Assembly: GCA_005877615.1 (NCBI GenBank)
Contig: VBOD01000109.1
Location: forward strand, 1 to 62,133
Length of the DNA stretch: 62,133 nt
Origin: Nitrospirota bacterium
GTDB lineage: Bacteria; Nitrospirota; Nitrospiria; Nitrospirales; NS-4
Direction of reading: 5' to 3'
In this document: piece by piece, positions 1-10,688 of the stretch
Position numbering within the stretch: position 1 is the first letter of the stretch
How the letters are laid out: each line of letters starts with the position of its first letter
Notes under the pieces: generated by a model
Seen by the model: the letters and a program-made list of their open reading frames with translations, nothing else
Database searches by the model: none
Told to the model about the DNA's origin: nothing
Program-made: the position numbers and the translations under genes

Positions 1-373
1 CGACCAGGAGCTCCACTTCGAGTGGTTTCGGATCGGCGCTGAAGAGGCTTCCGATGCTCTGCGAGTAGGCGTTGGCGAGCGATCGGGCCGTGACGTCCTC
101 CCGGCTGTAGGTATACCCCTTGAGGTCGGCGTGCCGGATACCGGCCTTGCGCAGCATCTCAAACTCGTTGTACTTGCCGGCGCCCGAAAAGGCGATCCGG
201 TCGTACATCTCGGAGATCTTGTGCAGCGACGCGCTGGGGTTGTCCGCCACCAGCAACACCCCGTCGGCAAACTCCATCGCGACGATCGAGCGGCCCTTGG
301 CGATGCCCTTCTTGGCATACTCGGCCTTGTCGGCCATCATCTGTTCGGGCGAAACGTAGTAGGGAAGCGCCAC
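1..373 (-). CDS. prcA: 20S proteasome alpha subunit PrcA, N-terminal part (C-terminus runs off the window start)
   Basis: Absent from the ORF track because it runs off the edge. My translation of the minus strand from GTG 373..371 gives [78 protein letters not shown]..., which resembles bacterial PrcA N-termini. It starts 2 nt after the prcB stop. Confidence 0.85.
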   Translation of the reverse strand, partial: MALPYYVSPEQMMADKAEYAKKGIAKGRSIVAMEFADGVLLVADNPSASLHKISEMYDRIAFSGAGKYNEFEMLRKAGIRHADLKGYTYSREDVTARSLANAYSQSIGSLFSADPKPLEVELLV

Positions 374-375
374 CG

Positions 376-1191
376 TCAGACCCTCTCGCGCCGCTCGTTG
401 ATCAGCGCGTTGCACGTCTCGGCGATCTTGGACTCTTCAAGGTCGCGGACGCCTTTCTCGGTAATCACCTTCACCGTGGGGTAGATGCCGCGGACCAGAT
501 CCGGGCCTCCCGTGCCGACATCCTCTTCGGCCGCGTTGTACAGCGCCTCCAGCGCGATGCGCAGCGCTTGCGCCTCTTTGAGCCCCCGCCGGTAGAGCTG
601 TTTCATCGTGTCGCGCGCGTCCTTGCCGCCCGATCCCGTCGCGTGGTACTCCGTCTCCTCATAACGGCCGCCGGTCACGTCGTATTTGAAGATCCGCCCT
701 TCGCGCCGCTTGAGATCGTACCCCGCAAACAGCGGGATCACCACCAGCCCCTGGAACGCCATCGGCAGGTTCCCCCGCACCATCTGGGCCAGCTTGTTGG
801 CCTTGCCCTCGCAGGAGAGCATATCGCCTTCCAGCTTTTCATAGTGCTCCAACTCGACCTGAAAGAGGCGGGCGAGCTCCAGGGACGGGCCCGCCGCGCC
901 GGCGATGGCGATGGCTGAATGCTCGTCGGTCTTGAACACCTTGTCGATGCGCCGGCCGGCGACCTGGAACCCTTCGGTGGCCTGGCGGTCGCCCGCCATC
1001 AGGACGCCATCCTGATACCGGAACGCCAGCACCGTGGTGCCGTGGGGAACGGCCGGAAGCGCAGAGGTGCCGGGCGCGCCGGAGGTGGCAGGCTGGGAGC
1101 CGATCCGTGGGGCCTGATGAAGAGACTCAGGCCCCCGGCCCGCCAGGAAGTCATAGAAACTGGAGCCGTGAGGATCGAGGAAGAACGACAC
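376..1191 (-). CDS. prcB: 20S proteasome beta subunit PrcB with propeptide
   Basis: ORF 376..1560 contains PHG|[21 protein letters not shown] (Thr1 processing-site context), LEHYEKLEG and [13 protein letters not shown]-like motifs. The upstream part of the ORF overlaps dop, so I trimmed the start to GTG 1191..1189 ([16 protein letters not shown]...), 5 nt after the dop stop. Confidence 0.9.
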   Translation of the reverse strand: MSFFLDPHGSSFYDFLAGRGPESLHQAPRIGSQPATSGAPGTSALPAVPHGTTVLAFRYQDGVLMAGDRQATEGFQVAGRRIDKVFKTDEHSAIAIAGAAGPSLELARLFQVELEHYEKLEGDMLSCEGKANKLAQMVRGNLPMAFQGLVVIPLFAGYDLKRREGRIFKYDVTGGRYEETEYHATGSGGKDARDTMKQLYRRGLKEAQALRIALEALYNAAEEDVGTGGPDLVRGIYPTVKVITEKGVRDLEESKIAETCNALINERRERV

Positions 1192-1196
1192 GGCAG

Positions 1197-2678
1197 TCAG
1201 GCCTTCAATTTTTCCAGGAGGACGTCGACGGTCTCGGATTCGTCGAGCAGGCCCTTCGTGAGAGCCTCGGTGCCGCGGAGCGGCTCGAGGAGCGGCACTT
1301 TCTTGATGACCGCGTTGCCGGCGTCGAAGAGCACCGACGTCCAGCTCGCGGCGTACACTTCCTGGGGCCATTTCTTGACGCAGGCCGCGCGGAAGTAGGC
1401 GCGCGTATCGAACGGGGCGACGGTCTCCGCCTGGCGGACTTCCTCGTCCGAAACGATCCGCTCCACCCGGTTCGCGCGCTCGAGCGCGTAGAAAAGCCCC
1501 TTGTCGGGCCGGACATCGTGGTACTGCAGATCCATCATCGCCACGCGCGGGTCGTCCCAACCGCAGCCCTTCCGCTCCAGATAGGACTCGATGAGGGCGC
1601 GCTTGGCCACCCAGTCCAGCTCGCGGTCCAGCTCGCGGGGATCGCGCTCAAGCTTGTCGAGGGTCTCTTCCCAGCGGACCAGCACTTCCTTCACCGGCAG
1701 CGTCAACTCGTGACTCGCGTAGAAATCCTGGGCCGCCCTGAGGTAGGCGCGCTGCACGGCGATCGCCGTGGCGGTCCTGCCGCCCGCCAGTTTCAGATCT
1801 CCCTTGACCGCCAGATCGCGAGAGACCGTTTTGATCGCAAGGACGGGGTCTTCGAGCTCAACCGCCGGGAGCGGCCAGTTGTCCTCGATCATGTCGAGCA
1901 CGATCGACATCGCGCCGACCTTGAGGAAGGTCGCCACCTCCGTCATGTTGACGTCCCCGGCGATCACGTGGAGCCGCCGGTACTTGGCGGGATCGGCATG
2001 CGGCTCATCCCGCGTGTTGATGATCGGCCGCTTGACCATCGTGTTGAGGTCCATGAGCGTCTCGAAGAAGTCGGCCCGCTGGGACAGTTGATACGAGACC
2101 GCGGCCGTTTGATTTTCCGCCCCGACCTTCCCCGCGCCCGCGTAGATCTGGCGGGTGACGAGGAACGGGATGAGGGCGCGCGCAATGCGCTCGAACGGGA
2201 TCGCGCGGGCCACCAGGTAGTTCTCATGATACCCGTAACTGTTGCCCTTGCCGTCCGTGTTGTTCTTGTACACCAGCAGGCTGCCCGGCCCGCGCACCAG
2301 CTCCACGGCGCGCACGGCGGCGGCCAGGATGCGCTCCCCGGCCTTTTCGTACAGGACGACGCCCCGCGCCGTCGTGCACTCCGGCGTGGAGTATTCAGGA
2401 TGCGCGCCGTCCACATAGAGGCGGCCTCCGTTGGCCAGTACCTTGTTGAGCAGACGGTTGTAGTCGGGCCCCGGCCGCTCGCGCTCCCCCTCAACTTCGA
2501 AGCCGCGAATGTCGAGCAGCGGGTTCTCGTTCTCGTAGTCCCAAAGGATCTTCGGCGAGGGAAAGGACGGATAGTGGTTGATCAGAAACAGGGAATTGGA
2601 AACCGGGTCCACGGACTCGGAATCGCGCGTCGCGATGCCGAACTCCGTCTCGGTGCCGAGCGCTCGCTTGGTTGTCAT
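1197..2678 (-). CDS. dop: Pup deamidase/depupylase Dop (Dop/PafA carboxylate-amine ligase family)
   Basis: 493 aa with GTETEFGI, LYVDGAHPEYSTPEC, NSYGYHENYL, INTRDEPHAD and YRRLHVI motifs. A Dop-type N-terminal insert (WDYENENPLLDIRGFEVEG...), DLQYHDVRPDKGLF and LEPLRGT favour Dop over PafA, judged by recall of actinobacterial sequences. Confidence 0.8.
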   Translation of the reverse strand: MTTKRALGTETEFGIATRDSESVDPVSNSLFLINHYPSFPSPKILWDYENENPLLDIRGFEVEGERERPGPDYNRLLNKVLANGGRLYVDGAHPEYSTPECTTARGVVLYEKAGERILAAAVRAVELVRGPGSLLVYKNNTDGKGNSYGYHENYLVARAIPFERIARALIPFLVTRQIYAGAGKVGAENQTAAVSYQLSQRADFFETLMDLNTMVKRPIINTRDEPHADPAKYRRLHVIAGDVNMTEVATFLKVGAMSIVLDMIEDNWPLPAVELEDPVLAIKTVSRDLAVKGDLKLAGGRTATAIAVQRAYLRAAQDFYASHELTLPVKEVLVRWEETLDKLERDPRELDRELDWVAKRALIESYLERKGCGWDDPRVAMMDLQYHDVRPDKGLFYALERANRVERIVSDEEVRQAETVAPFDTRAYFRAACVKKWPQEVYAASWTSVLFDAGNAVIKKVPLLEPLRGTEALTKGLLDESETVDVLLEKLKA

Positions 2679-2701
2679 AGATGGATCACGAACACAACGC
2701 G

Positions 2702-4471
2702 TTAGAGGTAGTGGCCGGTCGTCACGGTTTCGATCCGGCGCGATTCGCTGGACCCGACCGTGATCGTCCGCACGTGGACGATCTTGTCGGCTTTCTTGCC
2801 GGCAATCTTCGCCCAGTCGTCTGGATTGGTCGTGTTCGGCAGGTCTTCATGTTCCTTGAACTCGTCCCGGATGGCCCGGATGAGATCCTCGCTCTTGATG
2901 CCGCGCTCGCCGGTTGCGAGCAGACGCTTGATCGCGTATTTCTTGGCGCGCGAGACGATCCCTTCGATCAGAGCCCCGCTGGAGAAGTCCTTCATATAGA
3001 AGGTCTCTTTGTCGCCATTGGCGTACGTCACTTCGAGGTACTGGTTCTCTTCGCTGAGCGCGTACATGGACTCCACGGTCTGCGTGATCAGCCGCTCGAC
3101 GAGCTTCACCAGATCGCCACTGTCGCGGTCCATCTCTTCCTTGTGCCAGGGCAGATCCGGCATCAGGTACTTGGAGAAAATGTCCCTGGCCGCGGCCTTG
3201 TTCGGGCGATCGATCTTGATCTTCACGTCCAAGCGGCCAGGGCGCAGCACGGCCGGATCGATGAGGTCTTGCCGGTTGCTGGCGCCGATCACAATGACGT
3301 TACGTAACCGCTCGACGCCGTCGATCTCCGACAGGAACTGGGGCACGATCGTGGATTCGATGTCCGAGGAGATGCCGCTGCCGCGGGTCCGGAAAAGGGC
3401 GTCCATCTCATCGAAGAACACGATCACCGGATAGCCGTCATCCGCCTTCTCCTTCGCCTTTTTGAACACCTCCCGTACCTGGCGTTCCGACTCGCCCACG
3501 TACTTGTTGAGGAGCTCGGGCCCCTTGACGTGCAGGAAAAAGCTCCGAATGTCCTTGCCCGTCAAATGACCCAGCTTCTTGGCGATGGAGTTGGCCACGG
3601 CCTTCGCGATCAAGGTCTTGCCGCAGCCTGGAGGGCCGTATAGGAGGACACCCTTGGGCGCCCGCAGTTTGTGCTCCTTGAAGAGATCGGCATGGAGGAA
3701 GGGCAACTCGACGGCGTCCTGGATCTGCTCGATCTGGTCGTGCAGCCCGCCGATGTCGTTGTAGCTGATGTCCGGGACCTCCTCCAGGACCAGTTCCTCG
3801 ACCTCAGACTTCGGGAGCTTTTCGAGGAGGTAGCCCGACCGCGCGTCATAGAGCAGATGGTCCCCGACGCTGAGCCGCTGGGAAAGAAGCGGCTCGGCAA
3901 GCTCGGCCACGCGCTCCTCATCAGTCCGCAACGTGATGGTCGCGCGCCGCCCGTCGAGATTGTCCTTCAGGCGGACCACCTCGCCCTGCACGTCAAACCC
4001 GCAGGCTTCGATGACGTTCAGCGCCTCGTTCAGAATCACCTCCTGGCCCTTGTGCAACGTCTTGACGTTGATGGCCGGATGGAGATTGACTTTTAACTTC
4101 CGCCCGGTGACGTAGACGTTGACAGTCTGGTCTTTGTTGACGCTGGTGAAGATGCCGTAGGTGGACGGCGGCGCCGTGAGCTTTTCCACCTCGGCCTGCA
4201 TCGCTTCGATCTGGGCCTTGGCGTCCTGGAGCGCATCGGTCAACCGCTCGTTTTGCCGGTTTGTCTGCTCCAATTGATGACGCGCTTGATGCAGGCGGCG
4301 CACCTCCTCTTCCAGGGAGCGGAGCTGCACGAGGAGTTTTTCTTTTTCTCTCTCCTGTTCGTCCTTCATGGTGCCCTCTGCGCCGTGGTCATCGGAAAGA
4401 CGTTCGGTCAGCTTCTTGACCGTGTTCCGGATGGAACTCAAGCGACCCGGGGTCTTCTTCATCTCGGCCAT
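2702..4471 (-). CDS. mpa: Proteasome-associated AAA+ ATPase (Mpa/ARC)
   Basis: 589 aa with an N-terminal coiled coil ([24 protein letters not shown]...), an OB-like region, Walker A GPPGCGKT and Walker [10 protein letters not shown]. The C-terminal TGHYL is equivalent to the GQYL proteasome-docking tail. Confidence 0.92.
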   Translation of the reverse strand: MAEMKKTPGRLSSIRNTVKKLTERLSDDHGAEGTMKDEQEREKEKLLVQLRSLEEEVRRLHQARHQLEQTNRQNERLTDALQDAKAQIEAMQAEVEKLTAPPSTYGIFTSVNKDQTVNVYVTGRKLKVNLHPAINVKTLHKGQEVILNEALNVIEACGFDVQGEVVRLKDNLDGRRATITLRTDEERVAELAEPLLSQRLSVGDHLLYDARSGYLLEKLPKSEVEELVLEEVPDISYNDIGGLHDQIEQIQDAVELPFLHADLFKEHKLRAPKGVLLYGPPGCGKTLIAKAVANSIAKKLGHLTGKDIRSFFLHVKGPELLNKYVGESERQVREVFKKAKEKADDGYPVIVFFDEMDALFRTRGSGISSDIESTIVPQFLSEIDGVERLRNVIVIGASNRQDLIDPAVLRPGRLDVKIKIDRPNKAAARDIFSKYLMPDLPWHKEEMDRDSGDLVKLVERLITQTVESMYALSEENQYLEVTYANGDKETFYMKDFSSGALIEGIVSRAKKYAIKRLLATGERGIKSEDLIRAIRDEFKEHEDLPNTTNPDDWAKIAGKKADKIVHVRTITVGSSESRRIETVTTGHYL

Positions 4472-4583
4472 GGATGCTGCTCTCCGACAACCGTGCCTGC
4501 TCGTTACCGCGCATGTGTGAACTCATTCTAGCATCGACCCCCTGATCGGTCAACCTGACGGGCCGCACGGACCACACCTGATG

Positions 4584-5210
4584 CTACAGATCGAGCGCGG
4601 TCAACAACTCACGAGTGGCGCGCTCGATATCATCGGCCGCCATCACGCTGCCGACGACCGCCACGCCATGCGCGCCCGCTTTCACCACCTCGCGGACGCG
4701 AGACGCTGTCACGCCGCCGATGCCGAAGAGCGGAACCTGGCACCGCATCCGCGCACGCTCCAACTCGCCCAACCCGATCGGAGGGCCAAAGGCGCGCTTT
4801 GACGGCGTCGTGAAGATCGGACCGAGCACGATGAAATCGGCTCCATCCGTCTCGGCGCGCGCCGCTTCGTCGGCAGAGTGCGCGGATGCCCCGATCAAGC
4901 GGTCCGGTCCCAGCAACCGTCGCGCGGCCGCTGGGCGTAGCCCCGCCGCCGGCAGATGGGTCCCGTCGCTCCCGGCGGCGAGGCAGACATCCGCCCGGTC
5001 ATTGACGAGCATCCTGGCGCCGTAGGACCGCGCCAGGTCGGTCATCTCGCGTGCCAATGCCAGTAACGGACGCGTCGGCAAATCCTTCTCGCGTAACTGG
5101 ACGGCGCGTACGCCCGCCCGCAACGCGGCGCTCACGACATCCTGAAGGGGACGACCGCAGGTCTGGTGACGGTCGGTGACGAGGTAGAGGGAAAAATCAA
5201 CCCGTGCCAT
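4584..5210 (-). CDS. thiE: Thiamine-phosphate synthase
   Basis: 208 aa starting SLYLVTDR, with VQLREKD and GIGGV motifs. It lies directly downstream of thiG. Confidence 0.9.
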   Translation of the reverse strand: MARVDFSLYLVTDRHQTCGRPLQDVVSAALRAGVRAVQLREKDLPTRPLLALAREMTDLARSYGARMLVNDRADVCLAAGSDGTHLPAAGLRPAAARRLLGPDRLIGASAHSADEAARAETDGADFIVLGPIFTTPSKRAFGPPIGLGELERARMRCQVPLFGIGGVTASRVREVVKAGAHGVAVVGSVMAADDIERATRELLTALDL

Positions 5211-5219
5211 GCCGCATGC

Positions 5220-5993
5220 TTACAGCATGCCTTCGATCGGGCTGCTGGCGGTGGCGTAAAGTTTGCGCGGAATCCGTCCGGCCTTGAACGCCATCCGCCC
5301 GGCCCACACCGCGTACTTCATGGCCTCGGCCATCAGGATGGGCTCTTTCGCGCCGGCGATGGCAGTATTCATCAGGACCGCGTCGGCTCCGTACTCCATC
5401 GCCAGGGCGGCATCCGAGGCCGTGCCGACGCCCGCGTCGACGATGACCGGCACGTTCACGGACTCCATGAGGATTTTCAGGTTGTACGGGTTGCGGATCC
5501 CCAGACCAGAGCCGATCGGCGCGGCCAGCGGCATCACGGCCGGGCAGCCAGCGTCCACGAGCCGCTTGGCAACGATCGGATCGTCGTTAGTGTAGGGAAA
5601 CACGATGAAGCCTTCCTTGACGAGAATCTTCGCCGCCTCGATCAGGCCCGCCGTATCGGGGAACAACGTGCGCTCGTCGCCGATCACCTCCAGCTTCACC
5701 ATGTCGGACACGCCGGCGGCCCGGGCGAGTCGCGCGTAGCGCAGGGCGTCCTCCACGGTGTAACAGCCCGCCGTGTTGGGCAGGATCTTGTATTTCTTCG
5801 GGCTGATGTAGTCGAGGAGGTTCTCGGTCTTCCGATCCGTGATGTTGACCCGGCGCACGGCGACCGTCACCACGTCCGCACCCGACGCCTCGATGGCCTT
5901 CTGGGTCTCGACGAAGTCCTTGTATTTGCCCGTGCCTACCCAGAGTCGGGAGTGGAACTCGATACCCGCGATCGTCAACCGATCATCGTTCAT
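5220..5993 (-). CDS. thiG: Thiazole synthase
   Basis: 257 aa with [27 protein letters not shown] and [12 protein letters not shown] motifs. Confidence 0.95.
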   Translation of the reverse strand: MNDDRLTIAGIEFHSRLWVGTGKYKDFVETQKAIEASGADVVTVAVRRVNITDRKTENLLDYISPKKYKILPNTAGCYTVEDALRYARLARAAGVSDMVKLEVIGDERTLFPDTAGLIEAAKILVKEGFIVFPYTNDDPIVAKRLVDAGCPAVMPLAAPIGSGLGIRNPYNLKILMESVNVPVIVDAGVGTASDAALAMEYGADAVLMNTAIAGAKEPILMAEAMKYAVWAGRMAFKAGRIPRKLYATASSPIEGML

Positions 5994-6204
5994 GACGTGT
6001 GTCCTCCCCGCCGCCGATGAACCCGATGACTTCCACGCGGTCGCCGTCGGACAACGGTGTTCCCGGGAACGTCTGCCGGTCCACGACCTTGAGGTTCAGC
6101 TCCACGGCGACCCGTTCGGCGGGAATGCCCAGATCGGCCAGGAGCGCTGCGACCGAGTGCCCATCCGCCACCTCACGAGGCTCTCCATTCAAGGTGATGC
6201 GCAT
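5983..6204 (-). CDS. thiS: Sulfur-carrier protein ThiS (beta-grasp) with a short extension after the Gly-Gly
   Basis: 73 aa: [12 protein letters not shown]...[13 protein letters not shown] followed by EDTRHER. It overlaps the thiG start by 11 nt. I re-translated the 3' end by hand. Confidence 0.8.
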   Translation of the reverse strand: MRITLNGEPREVADGHSVAALLADLGIPAERVAVELNLKVVDRQTFPGTPLSDGDRVEVIGFIGGGEDTRHER

Positions 6205-6279
6205 GGCAAAAGGATCATACCATACGCCGCGGAAACGGTGTCAACAGCGCAGGCCCCGCGCGCTTGGCCTCCGGCGCGG

Positions 6280-6285
6280 TATAAT
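6280..6285 (+). promoter_or_regulatory. Perfect TATAAT -10 hexamer 5 nt upstream of the ATG at 6291 (possible leaderless transcript)
   Basis: ggTATAATcggccATG read directly. There is no Shine-Dalgarno and no good -35. Confidence 0.3.
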
Positions 6286-6290
6286 CGGCC

Positions 6291-6767
6291 ATGGTCGCCC
6301 CGCGCAATCTGGCGATCGCCGCCGAGTTCCACCGCGTCGCCGACGAGCTGGAATCCCGGCACGCCAACCCCTTCAGGGTCCGGGCCTACCGGCAGGCGGC
6401 CCGGCTCATTGCACGTCTCTCGGAAGACGCCGGCGAGCTCGCCCGGCGCGGGGAGCTGACCAAGCGCAAAGGGATCGGCAAGGACCTCGCCCAGAAGGTC
6501 GTCCTCTACTGCGATGGAGGGCGGATCGAAGCGACGGCCGACCCGCCCGTGGAAGTCCCGGCGGAGCTTGCCTCCTGGCTCCAGCTCCCCGGGTTCAGCC
6601 CGTCGCTTGTCCGCCATCTGCATGACCACCTGCATATCCGGACGCTGGACGACCTCGAGGCGCTGGTCCGGTCGAGACTGTTACGCACGCTGCCAGATTT
6701 CACGGCGAACGATGAACAAGTGCTGGACGGGATCATGCGGTTGCGCAACGGCGCGCCAGCGCCTTGA
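6291..6767 (+). CDS. Stand-alone helix-hairpin-helix protein resembling the N-terminal 8-kDa plus fingers region of family X DNA polymerases
   Basis: 158 aa. NLAIAAEFHRVADELESRHANPFRVRAYRQAARLI, GIGKDLAQKV and LLQLPGFSPSLVRHLHDHLHIRTLDDLE match the PolX N-terminal pattern. No palm, thumb or PHP region follows. Confidence 0.6.
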   Translation: MVAPRNLAIAAEFHRVADELESRHANPFRVRAYRQAARLIARLSEDAGELARRGELTKRKGIGKDLAQKVVLYCDGGRIEATADPPVEVPAELASWLQLPGFSPSLVRHLHDHLHIRTLDDLEALVRSRLLRTLPDFTANDEQVLDGIMRLRNGAPAP

Positions 6768-6815
6768 CAGACCTGGACCCCTCTGTTACCGTCCGGCGGA
6801 ACAGGAGACTGACCC

Positions 6816-7052
6816 ATGGCTCTCTCCGCATTCATCCTGATCGAAGTAGCAGGCGACCATACCAAGAGCGCCTTCAAAACGATCCAGCGCATCTCCGGTG
6901 TGAAGGCCACGTACACGGTTAGCGGGAGCTACGACCTCGTCGTGCAGATCGAGACGGAAAACCTGCAAACGCTGAGCGATCTGCTCCTCTCGAAGATCCG
7001 AGCGGTGGACGGCGTCACCAAGACCAACACCTGCATTGTCCTGAACGTCTAG
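6816..7052 (+). CDS. Stand-alone Lrp/AsnC ligand-binding (RAM) domain protein
   Basis: 78 aa: AFILIEVAG...SGVKATYTVSGSYDLVVQIETENLQTLSDLLLSKIRAVDGVTKTNTCIVL. This is the typical AsnC_trans_reg pattern without an HTH. Confidence 0.7.
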   Translation: MALSAFILIEVAGDHTKSAFKTIQRISGVKATYTVSGSYDLVVQIETENLQTLSDLLLSKIRAVDGVTKTNTCIVLNV

Positions 7053-7070
7053 ACCCTCCCGCAAATAAAA

Positions 7071-7102
7071 AGGCCCCCGGTGGCACGTACCACCGGGGGC
7101 CT
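7071..7102. terminator. Bidirectional intrinsic terminator between convergent genes
   Basis: aggcccccggtgg-cacgta-ccaccgggggcct is a perfect 13-bp stem. It is flanked by aaataaaa upstream and ttctgtttt downstream. Confidence 0.75.
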
Positions 7103-7125
7103 TTCTGTTTTCAGGCAGGGCGGGC

Positions 7126-8775
<1,650 letters not shown>

Positions 8776-8812
8776 TCATGCCTCTTCAGAGCCCGTTGCG
8801 TGCGCGTAGGTT

Positions 8813-9112
8813 TTATTGTTCGAAAATGCCCAGGATGTCCTCTTCCTTGATGATCAAGTAATCCGTGCCGTCCACGTTGATCTTGCTGCCGGAATACTTG
8901 TCGAAGAGGACGATATCCCCGACCTTCACGGATTTGACGTCGGCCCCGACGGCTTCGATCCTGCCGCGCTGAGGCTTCTCCTTGGCGGCATCCGGGATGT
9001 AGATTCCGCCAGCCGTGCGTTCCAGTTCCTCGGTGTAGCTGACGAAACACCGATCCTTGAGAGGTTTAAATCCCGCCGCTACCTTTTTCTTTTCCTTCGT
9101 CTCCACGGCCAT
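8813..9112 (-). CDS. groES: Co-chaperonin GroES
   Basis: 99 aa with FKPLKDRCFV..., GGIYIPDAAKEKPQRG and VGDIVLFDKYSG. It lies directly upstream of groEL. Confidence 0.95.
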   Translation of the reverse strand: MAVETKEKKKVAAGFKPLKDRCFVSYTEELERTAGGIYIPDAAKEKPQRGRIEAVGADVKSVKVGDIVLFDKYSGSKINVDGTDYLIIKEEDILGIFEQ

Positions 9113-9213
9113 AACGCTCTTCCCTCCTTAGTTAGTCTCCAAGTCACATGCTTCGGTTAGTAGGAACCCGCCGCCCTTCTGGCTGGGCATACCCTCGGCG
9201 CAAGGTGCCTTCT

Positions 9214-9241
9214 AATGTAAAGCCGCTTTGTGACCAATCAA
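9214..9241 (-). promoter_or_regulatory. Candidate sigma70-type promoter for groES-groEL
   Basis: The minus strand reads TTGATT-16 nt-TACATT. An AAGGAGGG RBS precedes the groES ATG. No CIRCE inverted repeat was found. Confidence 0.3.
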
Positions 9242-9273
9242 CCCCTGCCGGCCGAATTCCGCGTGATATCTTT

Positions 9274-10659
9274 TCACATCGGGCGCTCGACTCGGTCGTC
9301 CCGCTTAACCGGTCGTAAGTCCTTGAAAATTATCCAAGACTTCAACAATTCCACGGCCTTCTGCAGTTGCGGGTCCTCCTCGTCCTTCTCCTTGCCCTCC
9401 TTGTCCTTCGCCGCTTCACGGTCCTTCTTGCCCTCTTTGGGCTCTGGCTTGGGGACCGCCGGATTCTCCTGCAGAGGCGAGGGCTGGGGCAAGGTCCCCG
9501 GATCGCGGAGCGTCTTGTCGAGGTCCCGCTCGCGGATGGGCGGAGTCGCCGTCTGCTTCCCCTTCACGACGATGTCCGGGTTGATGCCGACCCCGTGGAT
9601 ACTGCGCCCCTTGGGCGTGTAGTACTTGGCCGTCGTCAGGCGGAGGCCCGACCCGTCTCCGAGCGGCAGGATGGTCTGGACAGACCCCTTGCCGAACGTC
9701 TGCACCCCTACCACAACCGCACGGCCCCAGTCCTGAAGGGCCCCGGCGACGATCTCGGACGCGCTGGCGCTCCCTTCATTCGCCAGGACGATGATGGGGT
9801 AGTCGTCCGGTTGCTCCTTGTTGTGGGAGACGTAATCGTCCTTCCGTCCCTCGCGGGTCTTGATGTACACGATCAGCCGATTCTGGCCGACGAACTGCTC
9901 GGACACTTCCACAGCAGAGGTCAGCAGGCCACCCGGGTTGTTCCGGAGGTCGAGGATCAACGACTGCATTTTCTGCTCGCGCAGCTTGCGGAGGGCTGCG
10001 CTCACATCCTTGGCAGTCTGGTCCTGGAACTGCGTCACCCGGATGTAGCCGATACTGCCGTCGAGCATCTTGGACCGCACGCTCTCGATCTTGATGATCT
10101 CCCGGGTCAGCACGAAGACCATCGGCTCCGCCGCCCCCTCGCGCTGGATCGTGAGCGTGACCTTGGTCCCTTTCGGCCCGCGCATCTTCTGGACGGCGTC
10201 AACGAGGGTCATATCCTTGGTCGGCTCCTCATTCACCTTGAGAATGAAGTCGCCCGCTTTGACGCCGGCCCGCTCAGCCGGCGTGCCGTCGATCGGTGCG
10301 ATGACTGTCAGGCGATTGTCTTTGATGCCGATCTGGATGCCGACCCCTCCGAACTCGCCTTTGGTCTCGACCTGCACCTCTTTGTAGACGTCAGGCGGCA
10401 TGAAGGCGGAGTGGGGGTCCAACGTCGCGAGCATGCCCCGGATCGCGCCGTAGACCAGATCCTTGGTCTTGACCTCTTCCACATAGTGCTTCTGGACGTG
10501 GGCCAGCACCTCGGTGAAGGTCTTCAGCTCTTCGTAGGTCTCGGTCGCCAGGACGGCGCGATCCCAGCCTTTTCCGATGAGAACCCCCAGGAGCAGGGTC
10601 ACGAGAAACAGCGCTACCCAGCCCATCTTCATTTTGTTCGACTGTCGTATCCCATCCAT
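9274..10659 (-). CDS. ctpA: Carboxy-terminal processing protease (S41 family, PDZ domain)
   Basis: FGGVGIQIG (PDZ), LILDLRNNPGGLL, ASASEIVAGALQD and TFGKGSVQ motifs. Start set at ATG 10659, which is preceded by AAGGAG 7 nt upstream. The ORF track start at 10710 would overlap the upstream gene. The protein has a Lys/Glu-rich C-terminal tail. Confidence 0.88.
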   Translation of the reverse strand: MDGIRQSNKMKMGWVALFLVTLLLGVLIGKGWDRAVLATETYEELKTFTEVLAHVQKHYVEEVKTKDLVYGAIRGMLATLDPHSAFMPPDVYKEVQVETKGEFGGVGIQIGIKDNRLTVIAPIDGTPAERAGVKAGDFILKVNEEPTKDMTLVDAVQKMRGPKGTKVTLTIQREGAAEPMVFVLTREIIKIESVRSKMLDGSIGYIRVTQFQDQTAKDVSAALRKLREQKMQSLILDLRNNPGGLLTSAVEVSEQFVGQNRLIVYIKTREGRKDDYVSHNKEQPDDYPIIVLANEGSASASEIVAGALQDWGRAVVVGVQTFGKGSVQTILPLGDGSGLRLTTAKYYTPKGRSIHGVGINPDIVVKGKQTATPPIRERDLDKTLRDPGTLPQPSPLQENPAVPKPEPKEGKKDREAAKDKEGKEKDEEDPQLQKAVELLKSWIIFKDLRPVKRDDRVERPM

Positions 10660-10688
10660 GACCGTGCTCCTTTTCCTGCCACCGGATC

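Noticed and set aside
1192-1560. N-terminal 123-aa extension of the prcB ORF (MGRPARGDDG...).
   Set aside because: It overlaps the 3' end of dop in another frame and is Arg/Pro-rich. A GTG at 1191, just after the dop stop, gives a propeptide of normal length.
1107-2705. 532-aa plus-strand ORF, and other very long ORFs opposite known genes: 7153..8850, 9367..10731, 16724..18139, 19288..20625, 21457..22707, 22861..24045, 36278..37966, 37681..39651, 40755..42788, 44316..46016, 46304..47812, 52076..53716 and 56856..58244.
   Set aside because: Each lies antisense to, or out of frame with, a confidently identified conserved gene (dop, groEL, ctpA, ffh, uvrB, pdxJ, nnr, M16/pnp, infB, nusA/rimP, dat, HEAT genes, polA). 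Their translations are Arg/Pro/Gly/His-rich low-complexity sequence, typical of stop-poor shadow frames in GC-rich DNA. No recognisable motifs are present.
6205-6290. Expected TPP (THI-box) riboswitch upstream of thiS-thiG-thiE.
   Set aside because: The intergenic region is only 86 nt. It lacks the conserved CUGAGA and ACCUGAUCUGGAUAAUGCCAGCG elements.
9113-9273. Searched for a CIRCE operator (TTAGCACTC-n9-GAGTGCTAA) or a sigma32-type promoter upstream of groES.
   Set aside because: No such inverted repeat is present. TTAGTCTCC...GGTTAG has no complementarity, and the CTTGCG...CCCAGCC spacing is too short for sigma32. Only a weak sigma70-like promoter is reported.
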